15,087 nucleotides of DNA from Vitrella brassicaformis CCMP3155. Lineage: Eukaryota; Protista; Chromerida. The stretch lies in contig CDMY01000858.1 in the NCBI GenBank assembly GCA_001179505.1, forward strand, positions 1 to 15,087, read 5' to 3'. The notes under the pieces are model-generated. The model was not told the origin of the DNA. It saw only the letters and a list, made by a program, of their open reading frames with translations, and did no database searches. The translations under genes and the position numbers were made by a program. Below, piece by piece: positions 1-9,900 of this stretch. How positions within the stretch are numbered: position 1 is the stretch's first letter; each line of letters begins with the position of its first letter.

Positions 1-927
1 CAACAGAGACGGTCCTGGTCTCATCCTCGCCCACACTTGCAATGCCCTTGAGCACCTCCTCCTCGCTCAGACGACAGGCGGCCATGACGCCGTCCCTTGG
101 CGGTGCGTCGTCCATGATTCGTGCTCGTTCCGCGATGAGCTTGAGTCCGTCCTCGAGGCTCATGACACCGGCGACGGTGGCGGCGACGTACTCGCCCAGG
201 CTGTGGCCCATGACCACATCGGGCGTCACACCACGGCTCCGCAGCAGCTGAGCCAACGAATACTCGACCGCAAAGATCAGCGGCTGCGAGAACCGAGTCT
301 GGTCGATGAGCTTCTGCATTCTGATCTTGTCCTTGTCGGTCTTGGGGTAGAGGATGCCCGTAAGTGGCACGGGCAGCAGCGGATCCAAGATGGTCGCGCA
401 CTGGTCGATGCAGCTCCGGAACACCTTGTCGTTGTCATAGAGCTTGCGCCCCATGTCGACGTACTGTGAGCCCTGCCCGGTGAACATGAACCCGATCTTG
501 TTCTGCAGCGCCGCCGAGCCACTGTCCTTTGTGAGCATCTCATCGATCTGCGCGGCACTGAGCGCCTTGGCCTCCACGAGGATATGGGCATTGGCGCCAC
601 CGAATCCGAATGAGCTGACGCCGCCGACCATGCAGTCCTTGCCCGGCAGACCGGACACCAGTGGCACTGGCTCGGTGGGGAAGACCACTGGGAAGGTGTC
701 GTTCATCGCTATGTAGGGGTTCAGCTGAGTCAAGTGCAGGTTGGAGGCCGCGCAGCCGTGCAAGAGCGTCATGATGAGCTTCGCGAGACCCGCTATTCCC
801 GCGGCTCCCTCCAAGTGGCCGATATTGGTCTTGAGTGCACCCAGCACAAAAGGATTGTTGTCACTGCGGCCAGGGCCGAACACAGCCTTCAGGGCGCCGA
901 ACTCGATGGGGTCGCCGAGAGAAGTGC
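1..927. repeat. Direct repeat of 14161-15087 (KS-AT), offset 14160; marks module periodicity
   Basis: Colinear without indels; about 56 mismatches in 927 bp (about 94%). Confidence 0.95.
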
Positions 928-934
928 CCGTGCC
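2..934 (-). CDS. PKS segment: KS C-terminal part and AT N-terminal part of the downstream module (absent from the ORF track because it runs off the window)
   Basis: My translation is stop-free: GTGTSLGDPIE...KTNIGHLEGAAG...SSFGFGGANAH...IGFMFTGQGSQY...GHSLGEY (194-208)...RTVSV. Confidence 0.95.
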
Positions 935-3900
935 NNNNNNNNNNNNNNNNNNNNNNNNNNNNNNNNNNNNNNNNNNNNNNNNNNNNNNNNNNNNNNNNNN
1001 NNNNNNNNNNNNNNNNNNNNNNNNNNNNNNNNNNNNNNNNNNNNNNNNNNNNNNNNNNNNNNNNNNNNNNNNNNNNNNNNNNNNNNNNNNNNNNNNNNNN
1101 NNNNNNNNNNNNNNNNNNNNNNNNNNNNNNNNNNNNNNNNNNNNNNNNNNNNNNNNNNNNNNNNNNNNNNNNNNNNNNNNNNNNNNNNNNNNNNNNNNNN
1201 NNNNNNNNNNNNNNNNNNNNNNNNNNNNNNNNNNTGGCACCGCACCCGCTGGAGCTTCATGGCCTCCACGTCGCTCGCGCGCTGCAGCACTACTGCGCCA
1301 GCACCCTCGCCCCTCACATAGCCGTTGGCCTTGGCGTCAAATGTCTGACACTTGCAGTCAGGCGAGAGCATGCGTGCCTTGCAGAGCGCAATGAAGACGT
1401 GGGGCGAGAGCATGAGATTAACACCTCCCACCAGGGCACCGCGGCACGCCCCCATGCGCGTGTTCTTGACTGCCGCGTCCATGGCGACGAGGGACGACGA
1501 GCAGGCTGTGTCGATGGTCATGGAGGGACCCTTGAGACCAAACACATAGGACAGGCGGTTCGAGACGATGCTGCTGGCGCCGCCTGTTCCAGCGTAGCTG
1601 CTGCTCTTGTCGGTCAAGTCGATGAAGTTCCAGTCTTGGTTGCAGCACCCAATGACCACAGCCAGGTCCTGACCGATGAGTTTCTCGCGGCTGAGGCCCG
1701 CGCTGTGGAAGGCCTCGTAGCCCACTTCAAGCATCAGCCGCTGCTGGGGGTCCATGCAGTTGACCTCAGCGGGGCCGATGTTGAAGAAGGCGTTGTCGAA
1801 CATGTCGGCCGCCTCCATGAAGGCCGCCTTTCGCGTGTAGCACTTGCCCTTGGCATCGGGGTCGGCGTCGTAGACCTCGTCGACATTCCAGCGGGTCAGC
1901 GGCACCTCGTCGACACAGTCGGTCTTGTCCATGAGCATCGACCAGAAGGACGAGGGGGTTGTCACCCCGCCGGGCAGGCGGCACGACACGCCAACCACAG
2001 CCAGGCTCTCAGACATGGCCACAGGCAACGGCCCACCCCACTCGTCCACAGCGGCCGCCTGGTCCAGCCCCCGGAGATCTCAGTGCAGATGAAGTCAATG
2101 ATGGCGTTGAGCGTCGGGTAGTCGAAGAGAGTGGTGGCGGGCAGCTTGACGCCGATCTTGGAGGACAGGGCGTTGCGGAATTCGACGGCGCCGAGTGAGT
2201 CAATGCCCAGCTCTCGGAGGGGCGAGTCCAGAGGAGGTGCAGTGATGTCGACCACTTCCTGTCCTAACACACCAGCCGCCGACTCAACTACCACCGACTG
2301 GATGTAAGATCGCAGCTGTGATGGACTCAGGCCGCTGATGTCCGCCGTTGGAGTTCGTCCTGTCTTTTCTCCTGCAGGCGGCGTCCTTCCCGTCTGACTG
2401 GTTCGCTGCACTCTCAAGACGTGTCGGGCGCCTGGCGAGAGCGACGAGCTCAGGGACACTTGCAGCGCTTCAGCGAGGAAGCAGGCATCCAGTTGAAGCA
2501 GCGAGGCATCCCATCGAACGAGAGCCGATCGATGAGAGGGCTTGGCCTTCAGAGTGCGGCTGAGAGTCTCAACCAGAGGCGAAGAAGGGAGAGTGTGGGA
2601 TTCTGCGGCCTTTCCCAATGCCTCGAGGGTGACGACGGTCGATTCAGGAGCTTGGGCCTGCACGGTCTCAACCAATGATCGAGCCCGGATGAGCTGCTGA
2701 TCGTCGTCCTCTGCTGACTGTCCATTCATTACGCAGAGACACCGCGTGATGGGTGGCCCCTCCCTCTTGGCCAATGCTCCACACCACAACATATCTCCAC
2801 ATCGGATNNNNNNNNNNNNNNNNNNNNNNNNNNNNNNNNNNNNNNNNNNNNNNNNNNNNNNNNNNNNNNNNNNNNNNNNNNNNNNNNNNNNNNNNNNNNN
2901 NNNNNNNNNNNNNNNNNNNNNNNNNNNNNNNNNNNNNNNNNNNNNNNNNNNNNNNNNNNNNNNNNNNNNNNNNNNNNNNNNNNNNNNNNNNNNNNNNNNN
3001 NNNNNNNNNNNNNNNNNNNNNNNNNNNNNNNNNNNNNNNNNNNNNNNNNNNNNNNNNNNNNNNNNNNNNNNNNNNNNNNNNNNNNNNNNNNNNNNNNNNN
3101 NNNNNNNAGGGGTAGTCGAAGAGAGTGGTGGCGGGCAGCTTGACGCCGATCTTGGAGGACAGGGCATTTCTGAACTCAATGGCGCCGAGTGAGTCAATGC
3201 CCAGCTCTCGGAGGGGCGAGTCCAGAGGAGGTGCAGTGATGTCGACCACTTCCTGTCCTAACACACCAGCCGCCGACTCAACTACCACCGACTGGATGTA
3301 AGATCGCAGTTGTGATGGACTCAGGCCGCTGATGTCCGCCGTTGGAGTTCGTCCTGTCTCTTCTCCTGCAGGCGGCGTCCTTTCCGTCTGACTGGTTCGC
3401 TGCACTCTCAAGACGTGTCGGGCGCCTGGCGAGGGCGACGAGCTCAGGGACACTTGCAGCGCTTCAGTGAGGAAGCAGGCATCCAGTTGAAGCAGCGAGG
3501 CATCCCATCGAACGAGAGCCGATCGATGAGAGGGCTTGGCCTTCAGAGTGCGGCTGAGAGCCTCAACCAGAGGCGAAGAAGGGAGAGTGTGGGATTCTGC
3601 GGTAAACTTGCCCAATGCCTCGAGGGTGACGACGGTCGATTCAGGGGCTTGGGCCTGCACGGTCTCAACCAATGATCGAGCCCGGATCAGCTGCTGATCA
3701 TCGTCCTCTGCTGACTGTCCATTCACTACGCAGAGACACCGCGTGATGGGTGGCCCCTCCCTCTTGGCCAATGCTTCACACCACAACATATCTCCACATC
3801 GGATGCCGCGATCTCGTGCATCGTATCGCAGCCTCCTGGCGGTCACGCGGATGCCGTCAGACAGGTGAGTCACCCACGCGGCCAGATTGGCAGGAGGCGG

Positions 3901-6900
3901 TCCCCATGAGGCAACGACGAGGGTCTTGCATCCCTGCTGAATGAGGGCTTGAGCTGCTGCCAAGGCAATAACCTCCACATCACCGCACACCAGGACGCAT
4001 TGACTCCTTGAGATCACGACAGGGCTGGACGGCAGGGGTCTCGGGACAGCAACGACGCTGTCCGCTGCGTTGCGCACGACCATGACACTCTGATGTCCGA
4101 AGAGGCCCTCGCTAGGAGTTGCGTACTCCAAGACGAATCCCGTGTCGTGGAAGGCCCTTTGCCATCCGGACTGGGGCAGAAGAGGACCGTCACGCCGCAG
4201 GTCCGAGTCAATAAAGCGCCACCAGCCCTCGAGCAGGCCGAATGTCGTCTGGAGCATGAAGGTCTGCTGCGTCAGCTCCGATATGATGAGAAGGCCGTCA
4301 GGCTTAAGGGACGCCTTCACGTTGCGCAGCGTTCGACGGAGGTCTTGTGTGGCATGCAGCACGTTGACGGCAATCGCCAGGTCGAAGATGCCTGTCGCAA
4401 TGCCGCTGTGACGGGGATCCCTCTCGACGTCGAACAGGCAGTATTCAACGTTGGGGTAGTCGACGAATCGCTTGGCAGCGTTGCGCAGGAAGTACTCGCT
4501 TATGTCCGTGAAGAAGTAGGTCGTGCGGCGGGCATCCAGCTTGGGCAGGACGCAAGAGGTCGTGCCACCAGTGCCAGCGCCCACCTCGCAGATGTGCATT
4601 CGCCGTGCGCCACTTGACAGCCGATGTCTGCATATTGCGTCGGTGACCTCCATAATCACACCGTTGCTGAACTGTGCTGGGATGGTGTCTTGGTACATGG
4701 CGGTCGCCAAGTCCATNNNNNNNNNNNNNNNNNNNNNNNNNNNNNNNNNNNNNNNNNNNNNNNNNNNNNNNNNNNNNNNNNNNNNNNNNNNNNNNNNNNN
4801 NNNNNNNNNNNNNNNNNNNNNNNNNNNNNNNNNNNNNNNNNNNNNNNNNNNNNNNNNNNNNNNNNNNNNNNNNNNNNNNNNNNNNNNNNNNNNNNNNNNN
4901 NNNNNNNNNNNNNNNNNNNNNNNNNNNNNNNNNNNNNNNNNNNNNNNNNNNNNNNNNNNNNNNNNNNNNNNNNNNNNNNNNNNNNNNNNNNNNNNNNNNN
5001 NNNNNNNNNNNNNNNNAGCAACGACGCTGTCCGCTGCGTTGCGCACGACCATGACACTCTGATGTCCGAAGAGGCCCTCGCTAGGAGTTGCGTACTCCAA
5101 GACGAATCCCGTGTCGTGGAAGGCCCTTTGCCATCCGGACTGGGGCAGAAGAGGACCGTCACGCCGCAGGTCCGAGTCAATAAAGCGCCACCAGCCCTCG
5201 AGCAGGCCGAATGTCGTCTGGAGCATGAAGGTCTGCTGCGTCAGCTCCGATATGATGAGAAGGCCGTCAGGCTTAAGGGACGCCTTCACGTTGCGCAGCG
5301 TTCGACGGAGGTCTTGTGTGGCATGCAGCACGTTGACGGCAATCGCCAGGTCGAAGATGCCTGTCGCAATGCCGCTGTGACGGGGATCCCTCTCGACGTC
5401 GAACAGGCAGTACTCAACGTTGGGGTAGTCGACGAATCGCTTGGCAGCGTTGCGCAGGAAGTACTCGCTTATGTCCGTGAAGAAGTAGGTCGTGCGGCGG
5501 GCATCCAGCTTGGGCAGGACGCAAGAGGTCGTGCCACCAGTGCCAGCGCCCACCTCGCAGATGTGCATTCGCCGTGCGCCACTTGACAGCCGATGTCTGC
5601 ATATTGCGTCGGTGACCTCCATAATCACACCGTTGCTGAACTGTGCTGGGATGGTGTCTTGGTACATGGCGGTCGCCAAGTCCATGGACCCTCCAGGGAA
5701 GATGAGCTCCAATGCATCGACGCCACCCTTCAGGACTTCGACCAGCTTAGGTGCGCAAGCGTGCGCGAGGCTGGCCTCGTGAGACACTTGCTGTGGAGCG
5801 TTCTCGAGTGATAACTTCGGACTCTGCGGAACAGCGTCCCCATCGGAGCCCCGCAGAGCGTCGATGAGGCACTGATACAGCTTACGCTGATGTGGATGGA
5901 CCACATCAGCTTCTCGGACAGCCTTGATGGCCGACTCACAGTATGCACGACACGCCTCCTCGACGTGCACAAATCCATCAGCCCACTGCCGTGCTTCATC
6001 CGACTCCATCGCATGCTGAATAGAGGCAGACAGGTGCTCACTCAGGGACAGTGGAGGCAATGAAACATCCACAGCACCAGCGGGAGCACCTCGACCGATT
6101 CGAAGGACAACAATCTCATCACTGTCCACTCCCCTCTTCTCCAATGATTCTGACAGGCGGTAAGTGTCTTCCACGTCCTCTTCACAAACCGTCACGCGAG
6201 CATCTGCGGTGACACTGTCAAGCAGCATGCGAAGCCCATGTCTGTCTCCAGCCGCCTGGCGCCCGAGATTCCGCCTGGATGCTTCGAGATAGCCGACGAG
6301 TGTCCAGCTGCTCTCTGACGGCGTCCCAGTGGTATCGATGCGCTTCACAAGGCGTGCATCCGTAACGGCCCTGTCCGCTCTAATCTGTTGTGCAGCATCC
6401 TCAAGCCAGCCAGCCGCCGTGTCGCCAACTTTCAGGTGTGAAACGGCATCTCCGACCTCCGCAACAATGCCGCCGCATGCCAACGGACCAGCCAGGCGAT
6501 CATCGGCGTCTTGTGCAGAGGGCGGAAGGGCCAGTGCATGGATGCACATCACCACTTGGTGCGCTGATGGTGAGGAAGCTGGTGTGCTGCTGTGTGCCAC
6601 CTGCCAATCGTTTGCCCACTTGACGTGCACTCCCTTGCCTGAGGATGTCCTTGTGTCCGACAGGAGGGCAGCTGGGAACAGGTCGATGGACAGAGGGATG
6701 TCCCTCAATGTCCGACACTNNNNNNNNNNNNNNNNNNNNNNNNNNNNNNNNNNNNNNNNNNNNNNNNNNNNNNNNNNNNNNNNNNNNNNNNNNNNNNNNN
6801 NNNNNNNNNNNNNNNNNNNNNNNNNNNNNNNNNNNNNNNNNNNNNNNNNNNNNNNNNNNNNNNNNNNNNNNNNNNNNNNNNNNNNNNNNNNNNNNNNNNN

Positions 6901-9900
6901 NNNNNNNNNNNNNNNNNNNNNNNNNNNNNNNNNNNNNNNNNNNNNNNNNNNNNNNNNNNNNNNNNNNNNNNNNNNNNNNNNNNNNNNNNNNNNNNNNNNN
7001 NNNNNNNNNNNNNNNNNNNGCCCATGCCAATTCGGACCCAGCGGGTCCGTCTTGCGTCTTCGAGACCATGATGCTGATGACCGTGCACGTCACTGAGGCA
7101 GTCGCTGCGAGGGATGGAGGCGTCCCGATGAAATCCAGCGACCGGATGGGGCACTTTGCGGCATCATCACCGCCCTCGAGACTCTTGAATGAGAGGAAGC
7201 TGTCGTAAGAGGGCTCATCACCATCAGGCTTATCGACCAACACGAGAACCCCCACAGGCATATCAGGACCCGAAGACCTCAGCGCTTTCAAAAAGGCGCA
7301 AAGCTGCTCCCTCTGATGCGCTGCATCCTCCGCCTGATGACGACATCGATGCACTAGAACGACCCCTCCTGGTGTGTCACGGAGACGCCTCGCTGCATTT
7401 GCCAGTGCCTCCACGCTCGAACACACTTCGGCATGCTTGAGGCCTTCCCCGTGCCCGAGAGCACCATAGAGCTCTGCAGCCCCGTGAGTCAACAGGACCG
7501 CCACACAGTCCAGAGCCGTTGTCATTGCCTCGCGGCTGATGGGATCCTCCAACGGGGCCCAGCCCTCTTCACACAGAGCTGTGCGAGCCAAGAAAGGTCC
7601 GCCGGCCTTTGACCTGGCTTCCTTGACCTCCAAACAGGAGAAGAAGGGCGTGCGGGGGATGACACGGAAGTAGGTCTCGAAACGAATGGGCTGGCAGCCG
7701 ATGACGTCGATGGTTGCGATGTGAGCCTGGACGGCCCAGAGGCTCCGAAGGCCGATGTCATTGGTGACGGCAGCGAAGCCCATCTTCTCGAGCTGTCGTT
7801 GAGTGACGAGCTGTGCCGCCTTGCCTTGCTCTGTCCAGGCGCCCCACTGGATGCTGGAGCCCGCGAGGCCCTGGGATCGTCGGTATGTCACCAGAGCATC
7901 GAGGCATGCGTTTGCTGCTGCATGGTTCGCTTGGCCGAAGTTGCCCAGCAGGCCAGCAATGGACGAGAAGACCAGGAAGGTGTCGGCCTGCACGCCGCTC
8001 TCAATCAGTAGGTCGTGGAAGGCCCAGGCGCCCTGGACTTTGGGGCCGTAGACATCTGCTATGGTCTCGAGCGTCTGACTGCCGATGGTTGCGTCACTCA
8101 GTGTGCCAGCAGCATGAAGGATCGCCTTGGGCACCAGCCCCTCCCCTTGGACTTGCGTGAGCAGGGCGCGGCAGTCCTCGATGGAGCTCAGGTCACACTT
8201 GGCTGCACGCAAAGTGATGCACGACCCCTCCGTCGCTTCGGCTCTCTGCATGATGGTCTCGAGCCGCTGCCATTCTTTGCTCTCCTGCATCTCCTGAGTT
8301 GGTTGGCCTCGTCGCGATGCAAGGATGATGCTCCTGGCCCCATGCTCAATCAGCCATGCAGCCACCACGAGACCAAGGCCGCCAAGACCGCCAGTGATCA
8401 CGTACGCATAAGGGCAACTCCGTGCACGCTTCTCCGTCGCTCGTGCCTCGATCACCTCGAACCCCGGAGCAGAGGGCACGGTGAGCACAATCTTGCCGAT
8501 GTGGAGCGCTCGCTGCATGAAGGTGAAGGCTGCTGAGACCCCTTCGTCCTCGTCGCTGAGATCGAAGGCGTGAATGGGGGGAGGGGTGAGCTGGTCCGTC
8601 GCGATCATGCAGTTGATGCGGTTCAGCATGCCGCGGAACCACACAGGGTCGTCACGAATCATGACGTCGAGAGCAACGGCTTCATAGTTGACGTCGGTGC
8701 GCTCTTGAGCCATCTTCTCCCGGCTCCAGATGCCTCGCTTGCCGATCTCTACGAACCATCCACCGGGACGCAGCAGCGCCAAAGAGAAGCCGATGAAGTG
8801 ACCGCTGAGGCACTTCAAGACGACATCGAACCGACCTTCGTTTCCCAGGAACGATTGCATATCCGACTGGAAGCGATGCGGGTCTCCTGGGCTTGTGGTG
8901 TACTGGATGCCTAGATGTCGCAGGAGGGTCCTCTTGCGATCGCTGCCTGCCGTCGCGTAGACGATGGCTCCTGCCCTGATGCAGTGCTGCACAGCAGTCA
9001 AGCCGACTCCGCCACTCGCAGCGTGGATCAGCACCGGGTCGCCAGCCTTGACGTCTGCGACGTCTCGAAGGCAGACCTCCACCGTGCCGACGATTATCGG
9101 CAGCCCAGCAGCTGCAGCGAAGGATATGTTGGGCGGCTTCAAGACCACTGGCCCAGCGGCTCTGGTCGTGACGTAGGTCTTGAGGCACCCACTGATGACA
9201 CCATACACCTCATCCCCCACTTTGAAGGAGGTATTTTCATCGCCGGCAATGCGTGTGACCGTCCCACTGCACTCTCCCCCGGCATCAACCGACACTCTTT
9301 CAGCAGACGCATAAGCGCCGAGCACCAGCAGGAAATCGCGAAAGTTGAGACCCGCGGCCCTCACGCGAATCTCCATCTCTCCGGGGGCCAGCTCTCTCCG
9401 ATCCTCAGGAGCTTGAGCGCGCAATTTCAGCATGCTCTTGAGCGATCCTCGGCCAGACAGCTCCAGCTCAACGGGCCCTCGCGCCACAAGGGAGCTCTTA
9501 GTCAGTCGACGCGCGTAGATAACGTCGGCGCGCACGGCAATTTCCGTCTCTTCCTCAGTCCTGAGCCGTGATGAGTTGGCCGCGACGCAAAGCAGCTGGT
9601 CCTCCCAGCTTGCCGAACTCGGTCCATCTAAATCCACAGTCACGAGGCGAGCTGCATCCTGCCGCTCGAGCCTCGCGCTTCGCAGCATGCCCCAGATGCC
9701 CGCATGGACGGGTCGTCCCACGGCGGGGTCACGGGCGTGCATCCTGTGGATGGTGGACGTGAAGAAGAGGGCACCGCTGTTGTGTTGCGACCCCGAGTCG
9801 CCGCCAATGAGGGCTGCTGCCACTTGCATGGCCCCCAGGAGAACGTGCTGCGCATCAACGTCCGAGCTCAGTCCAAGTAGACACATGACCGTCTCCCCTC

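Noticed and set aside
2006-2049. A 44-nt GT-AG intron that could also repair the ACP-KS frameshift
   Set aside because: It would remove the conserved Glu of the ESLAVVG KS-start motif (EPIAIVG-like), has no pyrimidine tract, and would leave an odd linker. A single missing G explains the shift more simply.
2116-3804. A genuine tandem ACP-ACP didomain
   Set aside because: The duplicate includes about 500 bp of upstream relic-KR sequence and abuts a gap, the same pattern as the other stitched copies. No beta-branching cassette is visible.
2668-6708. A standalone methyltransferase-ACP gene starting at TTG 6708
   Set aside because: The frame is open up to the gap edge (6717), there is no room for a visible promoter or UTR, and the sequence continues the relic loop begun before the gap.
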